The notes beneath the pieces are model-generated. The model was not told where the DNA came from. It saw only the letters and a list, made by a program, of their open reading frames with translations, and made no database searches. This document shows, one piece after another, positions 1 through 11,738 of a stretch of DNA of 64,000 nucleotides; the first letter of the stretch is position 1; the number at the start of each line of letters is the position of its first letter. Source of the stretch: an uncultured Acidobacteriota bacterium (GTDB taxonomy: Bacteria; Acidobacteriota; Terriglobia; UBA7540). The stretch lies in NCBI GenBank assembly GCA_963804995.1, contig CAWDSK010000005.1, forward strand, positions 832,001-896,000. The letters run 5' to 3'. Made by a program: the position numbers and the translations under genes.

Positions 1-1871
1 CCAGCATGGGCCCGGTATTGATGCCCACCCCGATATCCAGGCGCGGCAAACCTCTCGACTCCCATCCCTTTTGCAGGCGCTCCAGACCTTCGAGCATCTC
101 CAGACCCGTCCGGCAGGCCCGCAAGGCGTGGTCGGCCTGCGGATAAGGGGCGCCCCAGAAGGCCATGATGGCATCGCCGATGTATTTATCCAGGGTTCCC
201 CAATTCTTGAAGATCAACTCGGTCATTTCGGAAAGATACTCGTTGAGCAGGTCGACAAGCTTGGCAGGCGTGAGCCCTTCGGAGAGGGTGGTAAATCCGC
301 GAATGTCCGCAAATAAAGCCGTCAGCTCCTTTTCTTCCCCTCCCAAGCGGAGGGACTTCCGGGCTGCTGAGCATCTGAGCAATCAGCCCGGGGTGCATAT
401 ACTGGGAAAAGGCGGAGCGGACCTTCTTCTTTTCACCCTCTTCAAAGAAGAAGCGGTAACTGACGATACCCGCATAGGTGATCCCCAGCGTCGACATGGG
501 AAGAAAATCCGCGATCCATATCCTGTACTGGGCGAAGAGATGATAGGTCAGCAAAAAATACAGAACCAGGGAACTGGCCAGGACCAGGGTGGCGCGCAGG
601 GGGCTGAGGATGCTGATCAGCATCCCCGCTCCCAGGCTGAACAGGATGATAAAGGCGATGTCGGTCAGATGCTCGCGCGGACCGCGCCGGATAAAATGTT
701 GATAGAGAATATCATCAATCATATTGGCGTGCACTTCAATGCCGGGGAATCCCACCTGTTGGAAGGGTGTGAGCGCGGTGTCACCGATGCCCGTCGCGGT
801 GGGGCCGATCAAGACCAGCCGGTCACGAAAGAGCGCTGGCGATAACTTGTGACGAACAACGTCTGAAAACGAATAGGTGGGGAAGGTGCCGACGCGGCCA
901 TCGTAATCAAGCTGGACAAAGCCCTGCAGGTCCGTGGGGATGATGAGCGGGCCCATGTCGATCCTCTCCAGCCCGTTGGGGTTGAAGATCAGCTTTACCC
1001 GTTCCAGCGAGTAGTTGGTGTAGGCCAGGGTCGCGGCCACATCCAGGGAAGGATAGAAGTTGCCCTGGAAGGACACCACGGCGGGCTCGCGGCGGACGAT
1101 GCCATCGGGGTCCGGGATGATATTGAAGAATCCAAAATTCTTGGCGTTGGCCGCAAACTGCGGGAGATTGGGGGAGATGCCTAGCGCTTCCGGAACATCG
1201 GAATTCTTGGCGTATTGCGGGTTGATAATTTGCGGATAGGTTTGGAAGGACAGATAATTCAGGAAATCCTTCAGGCGCTCCTGGTTTTGAGTTTTGGTCT
1301 CCTCGGGTGGAATAACGAAATACCCCAGGATCGCATTGTCGAAGTGGGAAAGGGCATCGGCAAACTGCGTGTCGTTGTCGGCGGTCGCCTGCCGGGACTT
1401 CAGACTGGATTCGAAAGCGGGCGCGCGCGCGGCCCGTGTTACGAGGTGATCGTAATCCTCTTGAACTGACCGTAACGCCTGGAGAGCTGAATTGGCGTCC
1501 ACTTGGGGGAAATTGATATCAAAAGTGATGACGCGGGCATGGGCGCCGCGCAGAAAGTCAACCGCTTGCCCGAAGTAGCTGCGCGGAAAGGGCCAGCGTC
1601 CCAACACGTCCTGGCTCTTCTGATCAATGGCCAAGATCACCACGGCCGGCCCCGGGATGCGCGCCCCACGCAGTTCGAATCGAACGTCGAGCGTCTTCAG
1701 CTCAATGTTGTTGAGGAATCGAAGCAGTGAATTGGGGTGAGGCAGTATGTAGACGGCCGCATAGAGGGCTAGGCTGACGATACAGATCGAGATGCTGATC
1801 AGAAAGGAGTCGCGGTTTCGTGCGCTGAACTCGCGGGCGCGGGAACCGAAATGTGCGAGTTTTCCAAACAT
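1..1871 (-). CDS. CHASE2-domain adenylate/guanylate cyclase; frameshifted near 356 and truncated by the window edge
   Basis: ORF 186..1904 has CHASE2 motifs (ELKTLDVRF, IDQKSQDVLGRWPFPR, PDPDGIVRR, PGIEVHAN) and TM helices. The class III cyclase domain continues in another frame: LRLGGEEKELTALFADIRGFTTLSE...DKYIGDAIMAFWGAP...GVGINTG. Start taken at ATG 1871. Confidence 0.88.
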
Positions 1872-2124
1872 CGATAGTTTGAGTTTGCTGCCGCTACCAA
1901 GCAAAACAGTGAAATGCCCAACTCGCTAAAGCAAAAGTTTAGCATATCACAAGGACAAGCGCGGTCGCACCCCATGGAATTCTGTGATGTCAAAATGATA
2001 GATTGGCGGTTGGGTCGGTGCCCGCAGGAACAAGCCAAAATGAAATGCGTCCCGAGGTGGATTCGGGACGCATCGCATGAACAGGGCTACGGAAACCCGA
2101 GACAGGTCTGAATCTTCCGGGGCC

Positions 2125-3351
2125 TCAAGGAACTGGAACTGTGGGGGACGTCACGCCTGGTGCGGTGATGACCACCTCGCCAACTATCAATCCTCCGGCA
2201 GCTCCCGCAGCGCCCCCGATGAGCAAAAGTAAGCCTGTGCCAACCGCGGTGCCGGCAGCCACACCCCCTGCGATTGTGGTTGCGCCGATCATTTCGGCCA
2301 CCGCGGCCGGGTCAAGAAATGGGTCCCCGGGAGCTTCCCCAAATAATATGATCGCGCAATAGTTCTTTTTCAGGGTAACGGTCTTCGTAATATTGGGGTC
2401 GCTGCTCTTGACAATTGTTGTGCCACTCACACCGCAGACCTTGGTTTTATTGCCATCGGTTTCAGCTACGTAGGAGGTGTCAATCGTCCCAATGACCGCA
2501 CTCTTGGTGTGCAATTCGAATTTCCCACCGGGAGTTGTAATCTTCTGCACATCCGCCTGCATTTTCCCCAAGGTTAATTCCAATTCAGTCTGTTGCGTTT
2601 GGGGATCATGCTTAATGACTTTGAGCGTGGAACGGGCGCCCACATTCAAGGTCGACCCGTCGATCAGCATAATCTGTGCCCGCCCCGCTTCCAGGGTGCG
2701 GACCTGATCGTTCCATTTCACCGGATCTCCCAGCTTCAGGGGGATCTCCTGAGTTTGGCCTTGATGCTGGATCACTCCCCGGGGAATCTCCTTGTATATT
2801 TTTCCCGCCACAGGTTGGCCGCCGGCTTGCGGGCCCGCTTCCAAGCGAGCCGCTTGTCCAGCGCGCACGATCAGGGGAGCGCCCATCCCATGGATTTCCG
2901 CAATCCCGCGCTTCACCGAAACGGTGGAAACATTTCCCACCGTCGCCATCTCGCACTCCGCACCGGAATCCGCATCACCTCTTACGAGCACGTGTCCCCC
3001 GGGAAGCACGACTTGCACCGGGTCGGCAATTTTCTGGTCAACGACCATGGTTCCGTGGCGTAGTGCAAGGCTCGGCACAGAGTCGCTGGCGAGCAAAGCG
3101 ACTTGGGTATCAGCCAGCAGGATTGTCGAAGCAGGGGACCGAAAGCGTATCCACGCCGAGGCGCCCTCAGAAGTGGTAACCACGTCCCCGGGCAGAACCG
3201 TGGCCCCGCTGGAAACTCTGGCATCTCCGATTGACACAGCACCTTTGGTCCACAAGACCCCCACCCACTGGGCATTTGGACCCGCCCCAATCAGGGCACT
3301 CGTGACCACCAGGAGGGAAGTCACGACAAGCAGCGATAGCCGCCTTATCAT
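2125..3351 (-). CDS. Secreted protein with tandem FecR domains
   Basis: Signal peptide MIRRLSLLVV; two FecR-like segments (GDVVTTSEGASA..., DQVRTLEAGRAQIMLIDGSTLNVGARSTL...FELHTKSAVIG); Gly/Ala-rich hydrophobic C-terminus; next to the CHASE2 cyclase, a common pairing. Confidence 0.8.
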   Translation of the reverse strand: MIRRLSLLVVTSLLVVTSALIGAGPNAQWVGVLWTKGAVSIGDARVSSGATVLPGDVVTTSEGASAWIRFRSPASTILLADTQVALLASDSVPSLALRHGTMVVDQKIADPVQVVLPGGHVLVRGDADSGAECEMATVGNVSTVSVKRGIAEIHGMGAPLIVRAGQAARLEAGPQAGGQPVAGKIYKEIPRGVIQHQGQTQEIPLKLGDPVKWNDQVRTLEAGRAQIMLIDGSTLNVGARSTLKVIKHDPQTQQTELELTLGKMQADVQKITTPGGKFELHTKSAVIGTIDTSYVAETDGNKTKVCGVSGTTIVKSSDPNITKTVTLKKNYCAIILFGEAPGDPFLDPAAVAEMIGATTIAGGVAAGTAVGTGLLLLIGGAAGAAGGLIVGEVVITAPGVTSPTVPVP

Positions 3352-3702
3352 TGTATAACTCCTTCTTCGCACCACCACCCCGACACCGGCAACCCAAATA
3401 CATACCATTGGGTGGCATTTTAAGCCTTGCGGTATTAGGCCTTTCCTCTCCAATGCATTACCGAATTCTAGTAACAATGGGGTACCATATTGCCGCGAGC
3501 GAAGTCAAGGGTCATCTATCCGAAAACCACATTAAAAACGCCTCCATTCTTGGCTGATTCTCATCGTCCCCTGCATGCAGTTTCAATCTCCTGCCCCTGG
3601 CCCTTCTTGAGCTTTCTTTCGTTGGGCTTAGGGACAGTGCTTACTTGAATTATACCTCGTCAGCACAGGCTGCAAAGAAGTTGGAAACCTGTGCTTTTCA
3701 GA

Positions 3703-5208
3703 TTAGGAATCCAGCGGGTAGATCGGACGTCTGACATTTCGAAACGGGAAGGTTTTGAGATTACTGGAGCAAGGGCCCGGCGTATCCACGGAGTAGCGCC
3801 GTCGCGCGATTGGGCCATAGGCCCGCCAATGCGCCACAGCCGCCTTAACGCCGATCATGTACAGCGTCTCAGGGTTTAAGCCCTGACTTCGCAATTGGCC
3901 CAGATCGAACGGGGGGACCGCCCGGCTGGTCAGAAGGATCCAGATTCCCTCGTGCCGGACGAGTGCAGACGGACCCATGTCGATGTGCATTCCGAAGAGC
4001 GACGCCAAGTGGCTTTGGGGATCTTCAAGGTCAAACTTTCCTTCACTCTTGGAGACCAACTCCACCTCCAACTCAACGGGGGGAGGGTACAGGCTCGATG
4101 CCTGGTTGCCGACTGTAATCTTCGCAGTGGCACCCAAAAGGACATCGCTCAGCGCGCCAACCGCCAGGGGATCGTTGATGACCACCGCAGCGTTTTCGAT
4201 AGAATGTTCCAGGAAGGCCCTTAGCAACCCCGTTCCGGAACCCGGCGCCCCTGCTCCAATATTGTCGGAAGGCTCGGCGATAACGATGGGGCCTTCGCCG
4301 CGCGGGGGTAGCTCTCGCAAGATGTCATCGACGGGCGGATCAAGCACATTCCCAATTTCCTTCCGGCGCAAGCAATCGTCGCGCAATCGGCGCATTTCTA
4401 TGCGTGCGATTTCAGTGTCACCTACGGTGACGGCGCTGAAGCTTACGCCCGTCTCGGGGAGGTCCGCAAAGGCGAATCCCGCAAGCACATTTACCGCCAG
4501 TATCTGGGGATTCCGATTTTCAATTTCTCGTGCCAAGGCTTTGAGAGATTTTATGGGCTCGGTGGCCGTGGCGGTTCCCGTGGGCGGCCACATGACCGGC
4601 GGGTGCTCCCACACGGTCACGGTTTTTTCCCGGGTCCGCATCAGGCGGTCCAACAAGCGCGCCGCATTTTTTGCCGCCTCCTTGGCATCCGTGTGGGGGT
4701 TCTCCCGATAGGCAACCAGCCCGTCACTGTTCGCAGCCATCTGGGCCGTGAAATTCGCGTGCAGGTCAAGGACTCCCACAACCGGGCAGCTCTTGCTGCA
4801 CAGGCCACGGATCCGGGCCAGCACCTCACCCTCCACATCGGGAAAGGACTCCGTCATCATCGCCCCGTGGAGAACCAGCAGGTTTCCGTCTATTTGCTGG
4901 CCGGCAGGGGAGGCAGCCACCAACTTGAATTCATTCCAGAAGACCTCCAAGACTTCGTCCTCTACAATCGGCCCGGGAACCGCGCGCATGTCAATGGCCG
5001 GCAGAATTTCCCAGTGGTTTTCCTCCGCCACCTCAAGAACTCCGGCCAGTGGTGACACATCACCCGCGACACGCAGGAGTTCTTCCCCGCGCAGGATCTC
5101 GAAGTCAGTGAGCTTGGTATGCCCCACGAGAAAACCATTCGTCTCATGAAACAGCCCTGCCACTAGAACCCGCAGCTTCTTAATCTTTGCCTTGGATGGA
5201 TTGATCAT
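3703..5208 (-). CDS. M81 family metallopeptidase (MlrC-like)
   Basis: Motifs HETNGF, LHGAM, LDLHAN, YRENPHTD, SDNIGAGAPG. Confidence 0.9.
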   Translation of the reverse strand: MINPSKAKIKKLRVLVAGLFHETNGFLVGHTKLTDFEILRGEELLRVAGDVSPLAGVLEVAEENHWEILPAIDMRAVPGPIVEDEVLEVFWNEFKLVAASPAGQQIDGNLLVLHGAMMTESFPDVEGEVLARIRGLCSKSCPVVGVLDLHANFTAQMAANSDGLVAYRENPHTDAKEAAKNAARLLDRLMRTREKTVTVWEHPPVMWPPTGTATATEPIKSLKALAREIENRNPQILAVNVLAGFAFADLPETGVSFSAVTVGDTEIARIEMRRLRDDCLRRKEIGNVLDPPVDDILRELPPRGEGPIVIAEPSDNIGAGAPGSGTGLLRAFLEHSIENAAVVINDPLAVGALSDVLLGATAKITVGNQASSLYPPPVELEVELVSKSEGKFDLEDPQSHLASLFGMHIDMGPSALVRHEGIWILLTSRAVPPFDLGQLRSQGLNPETLYMIGVKAAVAHWRAYGPIARRRYSVDTPGPCSSNLKTFPFRNVRRPIYPLDS

Positions 5209-6331
5209 TGCGGTTCAGGTCCGCTCCCTTCATCCCACGACCACGACTCGCTGGCATACCCGGAGGTCTCAAAATGTTTAAGCCGCTCGCGGTCAATCTC
5301 AGACCCAATCCCGGCGTGGTGGGAACCGCCAAGTGTCCTTCCGAGTTCAAGGTGAAGCGCGAGCCGCCGAGGTCTTCGACCAGGGGGTTCCCCACGTTGA
5401 ATTCCACAAACGACTTCGAAGGCAGCGTGGCTACCAGATGAACGTCAGCCGCCACCCCGACGGCCGTATTCCAGCCATGCGGCACAAGTTCGATACCCCG
5501 CTGCTCCGCCATCCAGGCGATGCGCCGGATTTCCGAGAGGCCGCCCACTTTGGCAACGTCCGGCTGGACAATATCCATGGCGCGGCGATCAAAGTAGGGT
5601 ATGAAAGATTCGCGGCGCGTCAGCACTTCGCCGTGCGCAATCTTCACCGGTGAGAGGTCGGTCAAGCGCGCGTAACCCTCCAGGTCATCCGGCGCCAGGG
5701 CCTCTTCATACCAGTAAACACCATAACCTGCGAGCATCCGGGTTCTCTCCAGGGCATCCTTGAGCCGATGTTTCCAGTACGGAGTGCTGCCCCCGGCGTC
5801 GATGAGCAGGGTCATATCATCGCCCCCCTCCCGACGGGCCGTCTTGATCAGCTTCTCATCCTCCGCCAGGCTCCCCTGGCCGAAGGGTTCCCACCCCAGT
5901 TTGATGGCGTGGAAGTTCCTTGCCTTCATGGCCTCAATGCGGTCCGGTAAGCTCTCCACGGGACCAAAGAGAACGGAGCCGTAAGCGGGGACAGTGGAGT
6001 GATAGGCGCCCCCCAGCAGAACGGAGACGGGCTGCTCGTAGAATCTTCCCCGCCAAGTCCCAAAGCGCGATGTTGATTCCGCTGATCGCATGGGTCATGG
6101 CCCCGCCACGGCCGAGCCAGAAGGTAATGCCGCGCAGTTTCTCAGTCAGTCGCTCGATCTAAAGCGGATTTTCTCCCACCACGAAACGCTTCAGCCACTC
6201 GACGCCCCGACCACTTGCCCTTTGTGGGAGTAACACGCGCCCCAACCGGTTAAACCCACGTCGGATTGTAGTTCCACGAAGACGTGAAAATTCCTGTCAG
6301 GCGTGTAGACCGTCCAGTCCGTTATTTTCAT
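5205..6331 (-). pseudogene. Mandelate racemase/muconate-lactonizing (enolase superfamily) enzyme, disrupted
   Basis: Reconstructed from ATG 6331 (MKITDWTVY...) through AISGINIALWDLAGK, KLGW, LLIDAG, WYEE, HGE, DIVQPD, HGWN. Frameshifts at about 6202, 6041 and 5301 and an in-frame TAG at 6159-6161. The restored stop overlaps the M81 start (ATGA). Confidence 0.8.
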
Positions 6332-6449
6332 GGCTTGGCGTTTCTCCGTTGTCCGTGCCCATCCTCAAACACTTGATTTTGAATGCAGGCTACGGGATTG
6401 GCAATACCTCTGTGCACCGATTTCGCGTCCGCGCTAAAGCCGGGCCCTC

Positions 6450-8455
6450 TCACTTCAGGTGGCCGTCGAACCACTCGGACGCTCGCCGCATGATGTCGTG
6501 GCGGTGCTCGGGGCGAACGACGTTATGGCCCTCGCCGGGATATATCACCAGTTGTGTCTCGACGTTCAGCACCTTAAGGGCGTGCCAGAATTCGAAGGAT
6601 TGCGGTGGTGGGCACCCGCCGTTGCGCTCGCCGACCATCATCAGAGTGGGTGTCTTTACGTTCTTGATGAAGTTAATGGGAGAGCTCCGAGCGTAATCTC
6701 CGGGTTGTCGTATACCGAAGCGCCAAAGAAGGGCATCACCCACTCGGGGATCTCGTTCTGGCCGTTATAGCTCTGCCAGTTGGCGATGCCGGCTCCTGAC
6801 AGGGCGGCACGGAAGCGGTTGGTTTGGGTCACGGCCCACATGGTCATGAAGCCGCCATAGCTCCAGCCGGCCAGCCCCACGCGGTCGTTGTCCACCGGGA
6901 AATTCTTCACAACATGGTCAACACCAGCGAGGATGTCTCGAAGGTCGCCGTAGCCAAAGTCCTTGACGTTAGCGCGCGTGAAGGCCTCGCCCTGACCGAA
7001 GCTCCCGCGTATGTTCGGCCGCAACACAAAATATCCCTGATGAGAAAGAAGTGTGAAATCGAAGAAGGTGAGCGGCCAACGGGGACGCGCCACGGAGCCC
7101 GGGCCCCCGTGAATCTGCACAACCAAAGGGTAGCGGCGCGCGGGATCGTAGTTGACGGGATAGGTCAGCCAACCTTGGATCTCAAAACCATCACTCAACC
7201 AATGCAGGCTTTCGTCTCTCCCCCAACTGGGGCGAATTCCCTGGTTGCCGTGGGTGATTTGCTTCCATCCCCCGATGGGGCCGGCCCACACTTCCTGGGG
7301 CTGGGAACCGGATTCACGGATTACGGCGGTGGTTTGGCCATCCCTTGACAGCGAAACGGCGGGAACGCGCGTGCCGGCTGCAGGCAGATCGGAGAGAGTT
7401 TCCGGCCCGCTCCAGAGCAGGGTAACCTGGCCCCTCGAAATCCCTAGCTTGGCAATCCCGCACCCACCGTCCAACGTTTCAAGGAAGAGGATCTCGTCAC
7501 CCCCTCGCCAGGCGAGTGAGCTTGCAGAGCCTTTCAGGTCGGGCGTGAGGTTCCGAGCTTCGCCACCCGCGGCGGAAACCTGATAGATGTCGCCTCCCAC
7601 CGCGCCCTCGTCACTCATCAGGCCGCCGATGAAGGCTATACTCTTGCCATCCCGGGACCAGTGCGGCGCGGCGATTTGCATTGGCGGCTTGTAAATGGGT
7701 TTGGTCTCGCCGGAGACGGCGTCCACGATGTAGACTTTTGCCCGATACCAGTTGTTGTCGGGTTCGCCTGGCGCGGCGATGGCGACAAGCCTTTTTCCAT
7801 CCGGTGACCAATCGTATTCATAAACGTTCAGGTCCGCAGGCGAGAGCTGGCGTATGCGCCCCGTGGCCACATCCACTGTGGTCAGGCGCGGCGAGTAGAT
7901 TTTCCCTCCTATCGCCCCCGTAGCTGGCTGCATGGGCTCCATGGGGCCTGGCTTGCGGGGAGCGTTCTCGATGAAGAGCAGCGCCAGGATCTTGCCGTCT
8001 GTCGACCAACGTAACGTGGTGAGTGAGCCCTTAAGGTTAGTCAGCTTCCGGGCAGGGCCGCCCGCAGCGCTCGCAATGTAGACCTGGGATTGTCCAGGAG
8101 TCTGCCCGTCCGAGAGAAATGCCAGCTCATGGCCGTCGGGCGACCAGGCGATATCGGAACAGGCGGCCCCGGCAACTCCTGCTGCGATTCGCTGCGGCGG
8201 CGTGGCCGGTGACGACAAGCTCGAGACGTAGATGCCGGAGTCCGCAGTGGGCGCGCCCTGGGCTTTGTGCATGACTTCGACCCACGCCACGCGCTGGCCA
8301 TCGGGTGAGATTGCAACCTCCCGAAATTCCGCCATGGCAAAGAGAGAATCGAGGACTGCGTCCAGGGAAGATTTCTGTGTTGCGGCGCCGATGACCGCCG
8401 TCGAGGCCAGAAATGCCAGAAGAAAGGCGAGGTGTCGCCCCGTTCTGTTGAGCAT
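6450..8455 (-). pseudogene. S9 family (prolyl oligopeptidase-like) peptidase, frameshifted near 6695
   Basis: Signal peptide, beta-propeller repeats (WSPDG), IHGGP, GWSYGG. The C-terminus (SSPINFIKNVKTPTL...YPGEGH) lies in ORF 6450..6743 in another frame. Confidence 0.82.
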
Positions 8456-8784
8456 GAGTAGGCTCCTCAGATTCAAACAATCGCTAACCTGCCAAGCCGG
8501 CCATCGCTCCGGACGCATCGCCTGACCGGGCTCACCGCCACTGCAAGATTCGCATCTCGATATCAGCATGGGTTCCGCGCAGCATCGTACCTCCGGCGGC
8601 TCCACGGTTCAAGCTCCGGCAGCCTGGCGCGGGTGAATTGCGGTGCGTCCGGAATGATCCGCAAGATGGCATCGTAGCCCCGCCACCCGGCGGTCCGCGC
8701 CGCGAAATCCCCGCTCACTGTCATTCGCACCTCCGCAGCAGATGCACTACAATAGACTTCTGAGCTTCGCAAAGGAGACCAACC

Positions 8785-9861
8785 ATGCCTCAACGCGAGC
8801 GTGTTCAGTGGGCGCAACTTCGGGTCGGTATTATGGTAATTGTCAGCCTCCTCCTTTTTGCCGTTGCGGTCTTTTTCATCAGTGGCCGGATAGGGTTCTT
8901 CACCAGCCGTTACACTCTCAAAGCTTACCTTTCCGGTGCGGGAGGCCTGCGCGACGGCGCGGAAGTGCGCCTGGCGGGGATTGCCGTCGGCAACGTATCG
9001 AAGATTCAAATCTCTCCCTACAACGACCCGAAACGTGCCGTGGAGCTTGATTTGAAAATTGTGCGCGATTACCAGAAGCAGATACGCGAAGATTCGGTGG
9101 CGACGGTTGAGACGCTCGGCCTGTTGGGCGACAGCTATGTGAACATTACGCGCGGCACGCCCGCCCAGGCCGTCATCCCGCCGGACGGTGCGGTGAGGAC
9201 CTCCGAGAAAGCCGACATCGCCGCGGTGGTGCAGAATACCAACGATGTCATCCTGAACTTGCGTACTCTCTCCACCCAGCTTGAAGACATTACCACGCAG
9301 ATTCAGGCCGGCAAGGGTTCCATGGGCAAGCTGATTTACGACCAGACGCTTTACAACAAGTTGGATGCCTCCGCCAACAGCGTGCAGAAGCTGGTGGACC
9401 AGGTGCAGAGCGGCCAAGGCACCTTGGGTAAACTCATGTCCGACGAGACGTTGTATAACCGCACCGTGGCCACCCTCAACCGCCTGAACGAAGTCATCGA
9501 TGATGTCCAGCACGGAAAAGGAAGTTTGGCCAAGTTCATCTCCGATCCCTCGGTTTACAACAATCTTAATAGGCTTATGGCGAATACCAATCTCTTGATA
9601 GATAACGTCAATCAGGGCCACGGATCGCTGGGTAAGCTGGCCAAGGACGAGCAACTTTACAACCACATGAACGACACCTTCGCTCACCTGGATACGGTCG
9701 CGACACGCATGGATCAAGGCCAGGGGACGCTCGGGAAACTATCGACCGACCCCACCCTCTTCAATAACTTGAGCGCGAGCTCGCAGTCGCTGAAGGAATT
9801 TCTGGAGGACTTCCGCAAGGATCCCAAAAAGTATTTGAGCATCAAACTTCATATTTTCTGA
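8785..9861 (+). CDS. MlaD/MCE family protein
   Basis: N-terminal TM helix, GGLRDGAEVRLAGIAVGNV, TLGLLGDSYVNI, repeated GxGTLGKL helical units. Confidence 0.92.
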   Translation: MPQRERVQWAQLRVGIMVIVSLLLFAVAVFFISGRIGFFTSRYTLKAYLSGAGGLRDGAEVRLAGIAVGNVSKIQISPYNDPKRAVELDLKIVRDYQKQIREDSVATVETLGLLGDSYVNITRGTPAQAVIPPDGAVRTSEKADIAAVVQNTNDVILNLRTLSTQLEDITTQIQAGKGSMGKLIYDQTLYNKLDASANSVQKLVDQVQSGQGTLGKLMSDETLYNRTVATLNRLNEVIDDVQHGKGSLAKFISDPSVYNNLNRLMANTNLLIDNVNQGHGSLGKLAKDEQLYNHMNDTFAHLDTVATRMDQGQGTLGKLSTDPTLFNNLSASSQSLKEFLEDFRKDPKKYLSIKLHIF

Positions 9862-10037
9862 TGGCTCCAGCCTTCACAGGCGCTCGCACTGCTTTTACCG
9901 GGTGGCCACAGTCTCGCCGCGGCGACCTGCCTGATTGCGGTTCCCCAAATCCCGGAAAAAAGCGCACTCCCCCCTGCACACAACCGTGGTAGCATCCCGG
10001 ACGCGGGTCGAGCGAACTTTCTTAATAGGGGGGAATA

Positions 10038-11390
10038 ATGGCCAATATGGATCGCAGAGACTTTCTTAAAGCCGGAAGCATTGCCGGTACCTATCTTGCC
10101 GGGTCGACGAAGATGCATTTGATGGCGGCGCCAGAGGCCGAGCCGGCAAAACCCATCGCCGCGAACGACCACATTCAAATCGCCCTGATTGGAGCGGGTG
10201 GGCAAGGCCAGAGTGATACGAAGACGGCAGCGCAAGTTCCGGGCGTCAAGGTGGTGGCGGCGGCCGATTGTTACACCGGGTGTTTGGAACACGCCAAGGA
10301 GTTGTGGGGCAGCGATATTTTCACCACGCGCGACTACAACGAGATCCTGGCGCGGAAGGACATTGACGCGGTCATCATCGGTACGCCTGATCATTGGCAC
10401 ATGCAGGCGGCGGTAGATGCCATGAACGCGGGCAAAGACGTTTACTGCGAAAAGCCCATGATCCATCTCTACTCCGATGGGCCGAAAATCATTGAGACTT
10501 GGCGCAAGACGAACCGGATCATGCAGGTGGGCAGCCAGCGCGTGAGCTCCATCATTTACAAGAAGGCAAAAGAACTGCTTGCCGCGGGGGCCATCGGCAC
10601 GCTCAATATGGTGACGGTCTGGTATGACCGCAATTCCGCGCAAGGCGCGTGGCAATACACGGTTCCCTATGATGCTTCACCCACCACCTGCGACTGGCCA
10701 CGCTGGCTCGGCACGGCGCCCAAGATTCCTTTCAACGCCGAACACTTTTTCCAGTGGCGCAAGTGGCAAGCCTACGGTAGCGGAGTGGCGGGCGATTTGT
10801 TTGTCCACTTGTTCAGCGGTGTGCACTTCATCACGGATACCCATGGCCCGACTCGCGCCCTGGCCACGGGCGGTCTGCGTTTTTGGAAAGACGGCCGGGA
10901 TGTGCCGGATGTGATGATGGCGCTTTATGATTACGAGAAAGGCTTCAACCTCAGCGTGCGCACGAATTTCGTGGATGGCGGCTCGGAAAGCGAAGGGTTC
11001 GTCTTTACGGGTTCAGAAGGCACCATGATCATCGGGGGCGACGGAGTCAGCGTCTCGCGCGTGCCGCGTGAGAAGGAGCCTGGGATTCGCGTCGGCCCGT
11101 TTGCACTGGATATTCAGAAGCGCATGCTGGAAATCTATCACGAGAAGTATCCCGTCACCCATCCCACGGGGGAGCCCCTCATGGGTGAAGAGAAATACGT
11201 CGCTCCCAAGGGTTACAATGACCAGTACGACCATGTGAATAACTGGATTGAGGCCATTCGCACCCGCCAACCCGTGGTGGAAGATCCCGTCTTCGGCTTC
11301 CGCGCCGCCGGCACCGCGCTGCTTAGTAACGTCAGCTACGACAGAGGCAAGGTGGCCCGTTGGGATCCGGATGGAATGAAGTTGCTGTAA
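10038..11390 (+). CDS. Tat-exported Gfo/Idh/MocA oxidoreductase
   Basis: DRRDFLK Tat motif, ALIGAGGQG, TPDHWH, DVYCEKP, QVGSQR. Confidence 0.93.
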   Translation: MANMDRRDFLKAGSIAGTYLAGSTKMHLMAAPEAEPAKPIAANDHIQIALIGAGGQGQSDTKTAAQVPGVKVVAAADCYTGCLEHAKELWGSDIFTTRDYNEILARKDIDAVIIGTPDHWHMQAAVDAMNAGKDVYCEKPMIHLYSDGPKIIETWRKTNRIMQVGSQRVSSIIYKKAKELLAAGAIGTLNMVTVWYDRNSAQGAWQYTVPYDASPTTCDWPRWLGTAPKIPFNAEHFFQWRKWQAYGSGVAGDLFVHLFSGVHFITDTHGPTRALATGGLRFWKDGRDVPDVMMALYDYEKGFNLSVRTNFVDGGSESEGFVFTGSEGTMIIGGDGVSVSRVPREKEPGIRVGPFALDIQKRMLEIYHEKYPVTHPTGEPLMGEEKYVAPKGYNDQYDHVNNWIEAIRTRQPVVEDPVFGFRAAGTALLSNVSYDRGKVARWDPDGMKLL

Positions 11391-11431
11391 TCTTGAATTC
11401 GGAATCTTGAATTAATGATTTCCCGAGGGAC

Positions 11432-11703
11432 GGTACCCAGGGTCAATTCGGTCGCCGCGGCGACAATTGACCGTGGGTTTGTGAATAAAGGGAAAAAGCC
11501 CACGGTCAGAAAATCGCTGACCGTGGCTACCCGTTCTGCGTAAGCCGATGGGGGCACCACTCCTTGAGTAACTGCCCTCTCCGAGGGGAGAGGGTGGACC
11601 GCCGCCGGCGTATTCATCGGCCGGGGCGGGACGGGTGAGGGGTGGGTCCGTGAAATCTGGTGAAAGAGCCCACGGTCAGAAAATCGCTGACCGTGGCTAC
11701 CCG
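11432..11703. repeat. Cluster of REP-like palindromes
   Basis: CCCACGGTCAGAAAATCGCTGACCGTGGCTACCCG at about 11498 and 11668 flanks a CCCTCTCCGAGGGGAGAGGG...GGGTGAGGGG element at 11575..11642. Confidence 0.85.
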
Positions 11704-11738
11704 CTACCCGTTTTTCTTCTCCCAGGAGGTGCTTCGCC

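Noticed and set aside
6159..6161. In-frame TAG as possible pyrrolysine or readthrough
   Set aside because: The same gene has three frameshifts and no pyl genes are in the window; decay or error is simpler.
8563..9717. 384-aa minus-strand ORF and similar long antisense ORFs (20095..21174, 43922..44899, 46911..48098, 58528..59892)
   Set aside because: Shadow ORFs opposite well-supported genes in GC-rich DNA; no motifs.
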